This document shows, piece by piece, positions 10,259 to 19,992 of a stretch of 64,000 nt of DNA. The stretch lies in assembly GCA_964397135.1 (NCBI GenBank), contig CAYNHM010000023.1:1323-65322 (forward strand), in the 5' to 3' direction. Below the pieces are notes generated by a model. That model was not told the origin of the DNA, searched no databases, and saw only the letters and a list, made by a program, of their open reading frames with translations. Position numbers and translations under genes: made by a program. This stretch comes from an uncultured Rikenellaceae bacterium (lineage in GTDB: Bacteria; Bacteroidota; Bacteroidia; Bacteroidales; Tenuifilaceae). Position 1 is the first letter of the stretch. Each line of letters opens with the position of its first letter.

Positions 10259-10339
10259 CGCTTATTTTTTTATACAAATGTAATTCTTTTTGATCAACAG
10301 CAAGGCTAATGATATCCTCTTTCAAGAGCTAAATAAATA

Positions 10340-10366
10340 GGAACCCTATCTTTTCAAACCTGACGC
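10340..10366 (+). promoter_or_regulatory. Possible ECF-type autoregulatory promoter (GGAAC-N17-GACGC)
   Basis: A GGAAC -35-like element and a GACGC element 17 nt downstream, about 58 nt upstream of the ECF sigma ATG. Pattern match only. Confidence 0.25.
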
Positions 10367-10423
10367 AAGTTTTGTAAATTGCAAGTGTCTAATGCATAAA
10401 AAGCAACTCTATCGCATATATAT

Positions 10424-11014
10424 ATGACCGACCAGCAAATAGTTCATGAAATACTTACTGAAAACAGCCAGAAGGCATTTGTAGAACTGGTGCACAGGTA
10501 TCAGCCATTGGTGGTTAAAACATGTAGAGGTTTTGTTTCCAACTATGCTGATGCAGAAGATTTGGCTCAGGAAGTTTTTATAGAGGTTTACCAATCACTC
10601 TCCAATTTCAGGAATGAGGCGAAGCTATCAACATGGCTTTACAGAATTGCTGTTAATAAGTCGTTAAATTTTGTACGTAAACAAAAACGCGAAAGCGTAC
10701 TGCAAAGCATTGACAGGTTCTTTACAGGTGGTAATAGAGGAAGCCAGTATTTTGATATTGAAGAAAACCCCAATGCAAATCCCGATAAACAAATACAAAA
10801 AAAAGAGGATAGGTTAATTCTAAAGCAAGCCATTAATAGCCTCCCCGATAACCAAAGAATTGCATTTATACTTAGCAAGTATCAGGACCTTTCATATAAA
10901 GAAATTGCAGAAGTAATGAACGTTTCTCTAGCATCTGTAGAATCTTTACTCTTTAGGGCAAAGGCAAATCTTCAAAAGAAATTGGTTGTTAAGTCAAAAA
11001 AAAATAAACCATAA
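10424..11014 (+). CDS. ECF-type RNA polymerase sigma-70 factor
   Basis: Region 2 (DAEDLAQEVFIEVY, TWLYRIAVNKSLN) and region 4 HTH (SYKEIAEVMNVSLASVESLLFRAK). Confidence 0.85.
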   Translation: MTDQQIVHEILTENSQKAFVELVHRYQPLVVKTCRGFVSNYADAEDLAQEVFIEVYQSLSNFRNEAKLSTWLYRIAVNKSLNFVRKQKRESVLQSIDRFFTGGNRGSQYFDIEENPNANPDKQIQKKEDRLILKQAINSLPDNQRIAFILSKYQDLSYKEIAEVMNVSLASVESLLFRAKANLQKKLVVKSKKNKP

Positions 11015-11062
11015 GCGCAAGTTTTAATGAATAATTTTGTCTAAACAGTAAAGTGCAAAACA

Positions 11063-11512
11063 ATGAAATGCAAAGAAGTCAATACCAAATTTATTGAATA
11101 CCTTGATAAAAGGTTAAATGCAACTCAGAAACAACAATTTGAGGATCATATATCAACTTGCACTAATTGCAAAAAAGCATTTGATAGTTTTATCAGGATA
11201 TATGGGGAAATTGAATTTGAGAAGAATGAATTTTCCCCTAACCCTTTTCTTGGACAAAAAATTTGGAACAAAATCAATGTAAAGGAAAAGAGCTACAATT
11301 CTCCAATACTTACAATTCGTAGAGTTGCCTTTACATCGATTGCTGCTGCAGGTTTATTCATTGGCATCCTAATGGGAAGTCTAATCAATGGCTTAATTTT
11401 CTCGAATATAAATGAAGACATTGAACAGTCGTGGACTCTTTTAACAGAAGAATACTTCCCATCAGAAATCTATAAGCCATACGAAGAGCTTGCAAATAAT
11501 GAATTACCTTAA
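11063..11512 (+). CDS. Anti-sigma factor with zf-HC2 motif and one TM helix
   Basis: H-x3-C-x2-C (HISTCTNCKK) near the N-terminus and a central TM segment. Lies immediately downstream of the ECF sigma gene. Confidence 0.65.
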   Translation: MKCKEVNTKFIEYLDKRLNATQKQQFEDHISTCTNCKKAFDSFIRIYGEIEFEKNEFSPNPFLGQKIWNKINVKEKSYNSPILTIRRVAFTSIAAAGLFIGILMGSLINGLIFSNINEDIEQSWTLLTEEYFPSEIYKPYEELANNELP

Positions 11513-11523
11513 ATAATACTGCC

Positions 11524-12057
11524 ATGAACTTTTTTACAAAAACAAGAGTGTTAATCGGAGTTATTATCTTACTTGTAGCCATAAATGTTGCAGTAATCGG
11601 AACAATTGGTTTCCACTTCTATAATGCTCCTAAGGAGTTACCACCAGTGGCTCCCAACGAACTTCAGCACGCTAAGTTTATTGCCAATGAGCTAAACCTT
11701 ACCCCTGAGCAAAGAGAGGAATTCAAAGTGCTTCGTGATCAATTTATGGGGGAAGTGCAATTGGTAAAGCGTGAAATCAAAAATACCTACAAACTATCAA
11801 TGATTGAACTTTCTAAGGATGCTCCAAACAACCATATACTCGATAGCCTTTCAGATGAAATTGCTGAGTTACATCGCAAACATCACAAAATAACCATTGA
11901 ACACTTCAAAAAAGTTAAACAGGTTGCCGTCACACCTGAACAGCAGGAGCATTTTAAAAGAATGTTTTATAGAATGATGGACAGGGATCGAGTGGATCAA
12001 TACAGAAAAATAAGGCATGGGAGAAGAATAGATCGCACAAAAAAAAATAATCAGTAA
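11524..12057 (+). CDS. Spy/CpxP-family (LTxxQ) periplasmic protein, membrane-anchored
   Basis: N-terminal TM helix and LTPEQREEF / VTPEQQEHF LTxxQ-type repeats. Confidence 0.6.
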   Translation: MNFFTKTRVLIGVIILLVAINVAVIGTIGFHFYNAPKELPPVAPNELQHAKFIANELNLTPEQREEFKVLRDQFMGEVQLVKREIKNTYKLSMIELSKDAPNNHILDSLSDEIAELHRKHHKITIEHFKKVKQVAVTPEQQEHFKRMFYRMMDRDRVDQYRKIRHGRRIDRTKKNNQ

Positions 12058-12089
12058 TTAGAATTAATAACTCTTTAAATTAAATTGAT

Positions 12090-12596
12090 ATGAAAACAAA
12101 ATTGTTAAAACCAGCAATGATTGCCATTGCGATTAGTTCTATCCTAATGACAATAGGACTAAATACTTACGCTCAACGCGGACAGGGAAGACCAGAACAA
12201 CGAAGGCTTAATCAGGATGAAAGGCCATTAATAGGACATTTTATTCCCAACCTTAGCCCGGAACAGCAAACTCAAATTCAAGAACTTCGTACTAAGCATC
12301 TCAAAGAAGTTACACCGCTCCGCAACGAGTTGAATGAAAAAAGAGCCCGCTTACAAACACTTCAGTCGGCCGAAAAACCCGATATGAATGCCATTAACAA
12401 AACCATAGATGAGATGGCCCAAATAAAAGCCAATATTATGAAGAAGGGTTCTGCTCATAGGACTGAAATATCTACAATACTTACAGAAGATCAAAGAGTA
12501 GTATTTAATGCAAATAGAGCTGGCAGGTCAAAAAAAATGGGACATAGAGGTACACACATGCAAGGAAGAATGGGTATTTGTCCATATATGCAATAA
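12090..12596 (+). CDS. Spy/CpxP-family periplasmic chaperone-like protein with a His/Met/Cys-rich tail
   Basis: Signal peptide, LSPEQQTQIQELR and LTEDQRVVF motifs, and C-terminal MGHRGTHMQGRMGICPYMQ. Confidence 0.65.
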   Translation: MKTKLLKPAMIAIAISSILMTIGLNTYAQRGQGRPEQRRLNQDERPLIGHFIPNLSPEQQTQIQELRTKHLKEVTPLRNELNEKRARLQTLQSAEKPDMNAINKTIDEMAQIKANIMKKGSAHRTEISTILTEDQRVVFNANRAGRSKKMGHRGTHMQGRMGICPYMQ

Positions 12597-12633
12597 ATTA
12601 GGTTTTAGGTTTTAGGTTTGAGCTTCTTCAATT

Positions 12634-12666
12634 AAGCCTCTCGATTTTGACTGAGAGGCTTTTTTT
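12634..12666 (+). terminator. Intrinsic terminator
   Basis: Stem AAGCCTCTC/GAGAGGCTT with a 10-nt loop, followed by a T-run. Confidence 0.7.
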
Positions 12667-12778
12667 ATGATTACAAAACAGATAAGTTGAATTACAAACT
12701 ATTTTTAGCAATTACATACAATATACTCTAGTTATACTACATTTTTTCATATAATTGCAGTAAAAAAAAACGAATACT

Positions 12779-13624
12779 ATGATCTGTTATGGTGGACTGC
12801 CCGATGAATTTACACAGGAAAAAGAATCAAAAATTGTAATACTTCCCATCCCGTACGATGGAACAAGCACCTGGGTAAAGGGATCAGATCTGGGTCCAAG
12901 TGCCCTACTTGAAGCCTCGGCCAATATGGAACTGTACGATATTGAAACCGATAGCGAAGTATACCAACATGGCATATATACTGCACCCCCTATCGTTGAT
13001 AACAAAAGTCCTGATGAAATGGTAAAAGCATCGGAAATGGAAGCGTTAAAGCACATTGAATCTGGCAAGTTTTTAGTTACCATTGGTGGTGAACATTCGG
13101 TAAGCATCGGCCCAATTCAGGCCCATGCAAAAAAATTCAAAAACTTAAGTATATTACAAATAGATGCACATGCTGACCTCCGTGATAGCTACGAAGGCTC
13201 AAAAAATAATCATGCCTGTGTTATGGCGCGAGCTCAGGATATATGCCCAATAGTCCAAGTGGGTATCCGAAGTATGGATGTTGGAGAAAAAGATCGGCTT
13301 GACCCCAAAAGGGTTTTCTGGGCACACCGAATTACCCAATGCGATAAGTGGATGGAAACAGCTATTGATTTGCTTACCGACAATGTTTACTTAACAATCG
13401 ATCTGGATGGATTTGATCCTTCAATTTTGCCATCCACCGGAACACCGGAACCCGGTGGACTTGAATGGTACCCAACCCTTTCGTTCCTTAAAAAGGTTAT
13501 TGAGAAAAAAAACCTGGTGGGTTTTGATGTGGTAGAACTATGTCCAAATCCCCATGAAAAATCATCGGACTTTTTAGCATCTAAATTGGTTTACAAAATA
13601 CTTTCCTATAAATTTGCAAAGTAA
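12779..13624 (+). CDS. speB: Agmatinase (arginase/ureohydrolase family)
   Basis: Mn-binding blocks GGEHS, DAHADL and IDLDGFDPS, and the C-terminal DVVEL motif. Confidence 0.85.
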   Translation: MICYGGLPDEFTQEKESKIVILPIPYDGTSTWVKGSDLGPSALLEASANMELYDIETDSEVYQHGIYTAPPIVDNKSPDEMVKASEMEALKHIESGKFLVTIGGEHSVSIGPIQAHAKKFKNLSILQIDAHADLRDSYEGSKNNHACVMARAQDICPIVQVGIRSMDVGEKDRLDPKRVFWAHRITQCDKWMETAIDLLTDNVYLTIDLDGFDPSILPSTGTPEPGGLEWYPTLSFLKKVIEKKNLVGFDVVELCPNPHEKSSDFLASKLVYKILSYKFAK

Positions 13625-13657
13625 TTGAAAGCATTCCACTTTATTAAAACCTATGAA

Positions 13658-14677
13658 ATGAAGAAAAAAGATCTGCTTAAGGATGTAGTTAAACACATCG
13701 ACATTAAATCATTCGATTCTACCCCCATTATCAATTCAATGCGCGATATGTCGTTCACATCACGCGATACCGCTTCAGCAGCGGATATCTTCGACCGCAT
13801 GATAAAAGATCCAGAGTGTAGCAATTGGCTTACTTTAGCTGGAAGTACTAGCGCAGGTGGTTGTATGCAGGTATATGTGGAGATGGTAAAGAACAATATG
13901 ATTGATGCTATTGTAGCCACAGGAGCCTCTATTGTGGATATGGATTTTTTTGAAGCGTTAGGCTTCAAACATTACAAAGGCACACCTTGGGTTGACGATA
14001 AAATTTTGAGGGGCAACTATATAGACCGAATATACGATACATTTATTGATGAAGAGGATCTGCAAAAATGCGATGCCGCTACCAAGGCAATAGCTGATGG
14101 CATGAAACCAGGAGCATACAGCTCTCGTGAATTTATTCGCGAAATGGGTAAGTACCTTACCAAGCATTCTGTTAAGAAGGATAGCTTAGTTCAAACCTGT
14201 TATGAGCATAACATTCCCATTTTCTGCCCCGCCTTCAGTGATAGTAGCGCTGGTTTTGGGTTGGTTAAGCATCAGGTTGAACGTCCTGATGCACATGTAT
14301 CAATCGACTCGGTTAAGGATTTTCGTGAGCTAACCATGATTAAACTTCAGGCAAAAACCACTGGATTATTCATGATTGGCGGAGGTGTTCCAAAAAACTT
14401 TGCTCAGGATACTGTAGTATGTGCTGAGATCTTAGGACACGATGTGCCGATGCACAAATATGCAATTCAGATTACTGTTGCCGATGTTCGCGATGGAGCT
14501 TGCTCCAGCTCAACCCTAAAAGAAGCCTCTTCGTGGGGTAAGGTTGACACGACCTACGAACAAATGGTTTATGCTGAAGCAACCAGCGTTTTACCTTTAA
14601 TTGTTAGCTATATCTTCCATAAAGGCGACTGGAAGAAGCGCAAAAAGTATGAATGGTCAAAAATTTTCAATAAGTAA
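13658..14677 (+). CDS. Deoxyhypusine synthase-family protein (DHS-like / homospermidine synthase-like)
   Basis: LAGSTSAGG, ATGASIVDMD, the GGGVPKNF NAD-binding block and EASSWGK with the catalytic-type Lys. ATG at 13658 preferred over the TTG at 13625. Confidence 0.8.
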   Translation: MKKKDLLKDVVKHIDIKSFDSTPIINSMRDMSFTSRDTASAADIFDRMIKDPECSNWLTLAGSTSAGGCMQVYVEMVKNNMIDAIVATGASIVDMDFFEALGFKHYKGTPWVDDKILRGNYIDRIYDTFIDEEDLQKCDAATKAIADGMKPGAYSSREFIREMGKYLTKHSVKKDSLVQTCYEHNIPIFCPAFSDSSAGFGLVKHQVERPDAHVSIDSVKDFRELTMIKLQAKTTGLFMIGGGVPKNFAQDTVVCAEILGHDVPMHKYAIQITVADVRDGACSSSTLKEASSWGKVDTTYEQMVYAEATSVLPLIVSYIFHKGDWKKRKKYEWSKIFNK

Positions 14678-14694
14678 TCAATAAGCATAGAAAT

Positions 14695-14727
14695 AAAAAA
14701 GGTGAAGTTATCCGCTTCACCTTTTTT
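14695..14727. terminator. Bidirectional intrinsic terminator
   Basis: A6, GGTGAAG, a 7-nt loop, CTTCACC, then T6, between convergent genes. Confidence 0.7.
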
Positions 14728-14745
14728 ATTAGCAATTATATTAAT

Positions 14746-15726
14746 CTATTTTTTCTTTGAACTTCCACTATCCTTCACAATATTCTCGCGCATATTGGTA
14801 TCAGCCTCAATATTTTTAAACTTATAGTAATCCATAATTCCCAGGTTTCCTGATCGGAAAGCTTCGGCCATTGCTTTTGGAATTTCTGCCTCAGCAAGGA
14901 TAACTTTAGCACGTGCCTCTTGAGCTTTGGCTTTCATCTCTTGCTCAAGAGCAACCGCCATTGCACGTCTCTCTTCGGCCTTAGCCTGAGCAATATTCTT
15001 ATCGGCATTGGCTTGATCCATTTGAAGCACGGCACCAATGTTTTTTCCAATGTCAATATCTGCAATATCAATGGAAAGTATCTCGAATGCAGTACCTGCA
15101 TCTAATCCCTTCTCAAGTACAACTCGGGAAATGAAGTCGGGGTTTTCCAATACTTTTTTGTGCGAATCGGAAGAACCGATTGATGAAACAATACCCTCTC
15201 CCACGCGTGCAAGTACTGTCTCCTCTCCTGCTCCACCAACCAGTTGTTTGATATTGGCACGTACGGTTACTCTAGCTTTGGCAATAAGCTGTATCCCATC
15301 CTTAGCTACAGCAGTAACGGGAGGTGTATTTATTACCTTAGGGTTAACTGACATTTGTACGGCTTCAAATACATCTCTTCCTGCCAGATCAATTGCAGTA
15401 GCCATTTTGAAATCCAAAGGAATATTGGCCTTTTGAGCTGATACCAGGGCGTGAACCACTTTTGATACACGACCACCTGCAAGGTAGTGAGCCTCAAGAT
15501 CGTTTCGAAAAAGTTCAATGCCAGCCTTAGTCCCTTCAATTAATGCTTGAACGATAACTCCTGGTGGTACCTTTCTCCAACGCATCAGAATAAGCTGCAG
15601 CAGAGAAACTCTAACCCCGCTAACCAAGGCCGAAAACCACATTCCAATGGGTACAAAGTAAAGGATAATCCATAAGCCGACTATGCTGACGGCAAAGATT
15701 ATTAGATAAAGCGCAATCCCAGTCAT
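14746..15726 (-). CDS. floA: Flotillin-like protein FloA (UPF0365 / SPFH)
   Basis: N-terminal TM hairpin ([29 protein letters not shown]), an SPFH core and an A/E-rich C-terminal coiled coil. Confidence 0.85.
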   Translation of the reverse strand: MTGIALYLIIFAVSIVGLWIILYFVPIGMWFSALVSGVRVSLLQLILMRWRKVPPGVIVQALIEGTKAGIELFRNDLEAHYLAGGRVSKVVHALVSAQKANIPLDFKMATAIDLAGRDVFEAVQMSVNPKVINTPPVTAVAKDGIQLIAKARVTVRANIKQLVGGAGEETVLARVGEGIVSSIGSSDSHKKVLENPDFISRVVLEKGLDAGTAFEILSIDIADIDIGKNIGAVLQMDQANADKNIAQAKAEERRAMAVALEQEMKAKAQEARAKVILAEAEIPKAMAEAFRSGNLGIMDYYKFKNIEADTNMRENIVKDSGSSKKK

Positions 15727-15728
15727 AA

Positions 15729-16196
15729 TTAAGTTGTTTTTGGTTTAACAATTATTTTTGATCCTTCAAAACGAAGGGCAACGATTTCTGTTTTTTGATC
15801 AATGTACTCTCCTGTTGACTTAACCTCATAAACCCTATCGTTGAATCGGGCTTTACCAATTGGGGTTAATCTGCTAATGGCAATGCCAGTATCTCCTGGT
15901 TTAACCTGATTTTCATCATCGATGTTTGCCACACTGCCTTCGATATTAGTGTTAAGCATAAATCTTTTCCAGGTTTTAGCACGAAGGGCTATGGCAATGG
16001 TAAAGAACGTAGCAACCAATGTAGAGATTAGCGTGATGTGACCAGCAGTATTTCCATATCCAGTGTATGCCCATACAATACCACCAATCAAAAAGGCCAC
16101 TCCTCCAATGCCTGCAACAGTAATTCCAGGAATCAATAAAAACTCAACCAAAAAGAGAAATAATCCGATAAGGATTAAAATGATTACACCTGTCAT
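15729..16196 (-). CDS. NfeD-family membrane protein
   Basis: Three N-terminal TM helices plus a C-terminal OB-fold-like soluble domain. Lies 2 nt upstream of floA, the canonical NfeD-SPFH pairing. Confidence 0.75.
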   Translation of the reverse strand: MTGVIILILIGLFLFLVEFLLIPGITVAGIGGVAFLIGGIVWAYTGYGNTAGHITLISTLVATFFTIAIALRAKTWKRFMLNTNIEGSVANIDDENQVKPGDTGIAISRLTPIGKARFNDRVYEVKSTGEYIDQKTEIVALRFEGSKIIVKPKTT

Positions 16197-16240
16197 GGTT
16201 TTACTTATAAAGTATTGTTAAAATATCAATATAACATTCC

Positions 16241-16528
16241 CTATTGGGAAACAATAGTTGAGGATAGCCCACGCCTTGAAAGTTCATCTTTCATTAACTT
16301 GAGCTTACTGAACTCACCCGTTTTTATATCGCACTTACCCTTATGATGTGCTATTAAAGTGCATTGCTCGGCCTGCAACCTGTTATGATTACATACCTCA
16401 ACCAAGCTGTCGATTACATATTCGTAATGATTATAATCGTCATTGAAAAGAAAGAGAGAATAGTAATCTGATTTATTTTTCTGACTACTAATACTTTCCT
16501 TTCTTTTTGTGGATCTACTGCTGCTCAT
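16241..16528 (-). CDS. clpS: ATP-dependent Clp protease adaptor ClpS
   Basis: ~95 aa with the LFNDDYNHYEYV...QAEQCTLIAHHKG core typical of ClpS. Confidence 0.8.
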   Translation of the reverse strand: MSSSRSTKRKESISSQKNKSDYYSLFLFNDDYNHYEYVIDSLVEVCNHNRLQAEQCTLIAHHKGKCDIKTGEFSKLKLMKDELSRRGLSSTIVSQ

Positions 16529-16559
16529 AATATCTCAAGAAAAAGTGATGCTAATATAG

Positions 16560-19385
16560 CTAATTATCATCTAGTTCAACCACAACAACAAAAGCATTTT
16601 TAATTCCACTACCAATTAAATTGTCCTTAACCCTTGCTGCCTCTACGGCATCAGTGTATGAACCAACAGAATAGATAAAGCCACCCTGATCGTTGGGTTT
16701 ACGAATAATATCCTTCCCTGGGGCAAGCGCCCTTATGGTTTGAGCTATATCGTCAGGTAGTCGCCCTTTGTAATGTCCAAGCTGAATCATATAGAGACGA
16801 CTATCCTGTTCAATGCTAATTCTTGGTGATTTATCGTTAGATAAATCTTCGGATGATTCTAGCGATTTTGCTCTAGTAAGGGCAATAGGACGTCCATTGT
16901 GCCAAGCAACGACAAACGCATCCTTAAATCCTTTTGATCGAACAACTGGTAATGCTTTTTCTGCATCGTTGAGCAATCGAAAATTTCCTATGTAGTATTT
17001 AGTCACCTTCCCTCCGCTAACTCGCTCCCCGTTGATTGGCATCATTCCTTTAAAGAAATCGACAGCAACAGGGTTGCTGAATGCTGCCACCTGAATCCTA
17101 TAGATGACTCCTGAAGGAAAAGGTTTGTCAACGGGAATAGGATTAGCTGAACTGTAGGGCGATTTTTCAACCACCTGAAATTCTATTTCTTTCTCGGGAT
17201 GAAATAGTATTGCATCAGGCTTTACTTTGTTTTCTTCAACTCGGCTTATTGAAGCATCCTGAAGAACCGACTCTTGATCTTCAGATACAACCTTTTCAGC
17301 AATAGTTTTAGTGAGAGTAACAGGTAATTTGCTCCCAAAGATATTCTGTTCAAGCCGATATATTCTGCTAAGCACCTCCTGTTCAAAGATTTTCATTCCC
17401 CATAGCTTGGCAAAAACAAGTTCTAACCTTAACACCCCCAGCTCATCAAGAAGTAAAGCATCATAAATTGAATGATCCATCTCCTCTTCGGTGGCATTAT
17501 TTCGAATGGCCGTAGCAGCACGAAAGTGCTGGTTTGCTCTATCAATCTCGCTTCTGATATCAATATCGTTGCTTGCCCCTCTTTTTACCATAGCCACAGA
17601 AACACATTCTCTATAAAGTATTTTTTTTCCTACTGCTTGTTCGTTCAATAAATTGTTAAAGCTTCGAATTTTTGTTAACCAATCTGTTTTATGCTTTTGG
17701 TATTGTGGATTTTCGTTATAGGAATCGGGCTCATTGCTCTCGATTAGTTCTATCTTACTCTTTAATTCTAATAATTCCCTTCTCTGTGTTTCAATCTGAG
17801 GGGTTAACCTCTCCCATTGGGCCAATCGATTTAACTCATCGGTTTGAAAAACAGTTGGGGCAAATTGTGCCTGATAAAGGTATTTTGGATTATCTGACGC
17901 AAAGGTTGATGTAGGCTTATCGATGGGCTTACGTTTCCCAGCTATATACTCCTGTTCAATCTGACTTGCTCTAACAAAAAAATTATCGGCACTGTGTTGT
18001 GCCTCAAGAAGAGCATTTTCAACTGTAACAACCTGCCTTTCAAGTGCTCTTCTATCTTCAGCAGTATTTACAAAGTCGAAACGTTCGCGAAGTGCCTCCA
18101 ATTTAGTCCTTAATGAATCGGCTTTCATTTGCTGGGTAAAACCTTGAGCTAAAGCTCTAGAATATTCAGGGTCATTTTCAACGGCATTAAATGATGCTGA
18201 TTTTGGTTGTGTTTTAGTTTTGGGTGAAGTTGTATGAGTTACTTCTTTGCTAGTAATTGTTTTTGGTTCAAGTTTGGCAATACGCCAAATTGACTCTATC
18301 CTACCGAACGGTCGACGTATGGGATTATCATCTATCTCTACTAAAACAATCTCCAGACTATCCACTGCTGTATTCCGATTGGTCACAAAAGTGGCCAGCT
18401 CATACTTTTCATCCGGAACAAATAAAAAATCATCATATGGAGAGCTAAAAGGGAAACCCAAATTCTCGGGAGTGCTCCATTGCCTAGTCGAAGGGTTATA
18501 AACACTCCTATATATATCGTAACCACCCATACTGTAATGACCATTGGATGCGAAGTACAATGAAACTCCATCACTGGCTAAGTATGGGAAATCTTCATCG
18601 AACGATGAGTTTACAACATCACCAAGATTTCGGGGTTTGCTCCAAAATCCATCAGCCTGAAATTCAATCATAAATATATCTTTTCCATAGGATGTTGTGG
18701 AGCCAAAACTTGAGTAGAATATTTTATCTCCTGGCTGGGGATTATTTGGGTAGAAGATAATGGAACTATCGCCCTGCTTGAGGTCGATGGATGTTTTTAA
18801 ATCGTTGGGTTTAAGTATAAATGTACCATTGGTAGATTTGGTGTTGATATACCGAAAAAAATCGTTTTTGTGAACCATTTTCCTATCGATCACAATAGGT
18901 TGATAAATAAAACGGATCATAAAATTTCCATTCTCGCATTGCCCAACGCGACGTTCGATTATTGGGGTTGGTACTTCAGGATCACCTCCGTTAATAATGA
19001 ATCTGCGGTAGTATGAAAGGGCATCGTCAAACAGATAGCTATGGAAAAACGCCTCAGCCAGGTAATAGTATACCAGATTTGTTACCTGACGGGTTGAGGC
19101 AAACTTAAGATGTTCAATTGACTTATCAAGTTCTTTGGTTGCCTTTAAGTAGCAAACTCCAATTTTATAGTGAAAGTTGGGATCCTGAGGAAACTGCTCA
19201 ATTAATTTCTGATATTTAGGCAATGCCTCAATATAGAGCTTCTGTGAAAAAAGTGAATCGGCTGTTACCTCAACTCTACTCTTCTGAGGTGCAATCTCAA
19301 TATTTTGACCAAAAAGATTTTCTCCAGCAAACCAAAGGATTGCCATTATGAGCAAGCTAGAAAACCTAAGACTAAATGCAACCAT
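16560..19385 (-). CDS. Secreted multidomain protein: TPR repeats, PD40 (TolB-like) propeller repeats, coiled coil and two C-terminal SPOR domains
   Basis: Signal peptide; TPR-like YIEALPKYQKLIEQFP; PD40-like FDEDFPYLASDGVSLYFASN...GGYDIYRS; two SPOR-like modules (YRIQVAAFSNP..., YMIQLGHYKG...). Confidence 0.6.
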   Translation of the reverse strand: MVAFSLRFSSLLIMAILWFAGENLFGQNIEIAPQKSRVEVTADSLFSQKLYIEALPKYQKLIEQFPQDPNFHYKIGVCYLKATKELDKSIEHLKFASTRQVTNLVYYYLAEAFFHSYLFDDALSYYRRFIINGGDPEVPTPIIERRVGQCENGNFMIRFIYQPIVIDRKMVHKNDFFRYINTKSTNGTFILKPNDLKTSIDLKQGDSSIIFYPNNPQPGDKIFYSSFGSTTSYGKDIFMIEFQADGFWSKPRNLGDVVNSSFDEDFPYLASDGVSLYFASNGHYSMGGYDIYRSVYNPSTRQWSTPENLGFPFSSPYDDFLFVPDEKYELATFVTNRNTAVDSLEIVLVEIDDNPIRRPFGRIESIWRIAKLEPKTITSKEVTHTTSPKTKTQPKSASFNAVENDPEYSRALAQGFTQQMKADSLRTKLEALRERFDFVNTAEDRRALERQVVTVENALLEAQHSADNFFVRASQIEQEYIAGKRKPIDKPTSTFASDNPKYLYQAQFAPTVFQTDELNRLAQWERLTPQIETQRRELLELKSKIELIESNEPDSYNENPQYQKHKTDWLTKIRSFNNLLNEQAVGKKILYRECVSVAMVKRGASNDIDIRSEIDRANQHFRAATAIRNNATEEEMDHSIYDALLLDELGVLRLELVFAKLWGMKIFEQEVLSRIYRLEQNIFGSKLPVTLTKTIAEKVVSEDQESVLQDASISRVEENKVKPDAILFHPEKEIEFQVVEKSPYSSANPIPVDKPFPSGVIYRIQVAAFSNPVAVDFFKGMMPINGERVSGGKVTKYYIGNFRLLNDAEKALPVVRSKGFKDAFVVAWHNGRPIALTRAKSLESSEDLSNDKSPRISIEQDSRLYMIQLGHYKGRLPDDIAQTIRALAPGKDIIRKPNDQGGFIYSVGSYTDAVEAARVKDNLIGSGIKNAFVVVVELDDN

Positions 19386-19468
19386 TTAAGTTGAAATTTG
19401 CCCTAAAAATACAAATAATAATTGTATTTCGTCTAAAGAGCAACAACTTGGGCAAAATCCTATAAGGC

Positions 19469-19507
19469 AAAAAAAGTCCTCAAAGAAAATATCTATGAGG
19501 ACTTTTT
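19469..19507 (-). terminator. Intrinsic terminator of the minus-strand redox operon
   Basis: Stem AGTCCTCA/TGAGGACT with a 13-nt loop. A 7-nt T-run follows on the minus strand, directly downstream of the gene ending at 19525. Confidence 0.7.
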
Positions 19508-19524
19508 ATAATTAAATACTATTT

Positions 19525-19992
19525 TTAATTATCGCGTAATACAAACTCGTCATACTCCAGCTCAAAGCGCAATTTATGACGCGACTCCTCCTGAGCAAGA
19601 TTTAAAAAAAGTTGCTTCAAATCCTCGCTTTGTGATTTTTCTGATAGTGACATGTAGAGTTTAAATGCTGCTTTTTCACGCTTCATGGCAAGAATAAGTG
19701 CTTGCTCATAGGTCAAATCATTAGTTGCCTCGTTTATAACAATATAATCGGCAATCTTTAAGTCAGCAACACTCTCATTGGGTAAATTTACAATTCCCTC
19801 CTCTTTAATTTTTGTAAGACGAGCTTTATGTCCAATCTCTTCTCTGGCAAATTGTATAAAGGTTTGACGCATGTCTTCGGAATGGGCTATTTTAGCCAAA
19901 CCCTTATAGAAATCAACTGCATGCTGCTCATTTTCAATGGCAAAATCTAAAATATCGTTTATGCTTTTGAATTCTTTCATCGCATTATTCAT
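19525..19992 (-). CDS. Rubrerythrin-like ferritin-fold di-iron protein (no rubredoxin domain)
   Basis: Two E-x2-H motifs (REEIGHKARL, QEESRHKLRF) within a four-helix-bundle-length protein. Start overlaps the upstream stop (ATGA). Confidence 0.7.
   Translation of the reverse strand: MNNAMKEFKSINDILDFAIENEQHAVDFYKGLAKIAHSEDMRQTFIQFAREEIGHKARLTKIKEEGIVNLPNESVADLKIADYIVINEATNDLTYEQALILAMKREKAAFKLYMSLSEKSQSEDLKQLFLNLAQEESRHKLRFELEYDEFVLRDN

Noticed and set aside
12599-12620. Tandem heptamer AGGTTTT-AGGTTTT-AGGTTTG just after the CpxP-like gene
   Set aside because: Only about three short copies in an AT-rich spacer, with no second locus in the window. This looks like trivial slippage-type repetition, not a CRISPR or telomere-like array.
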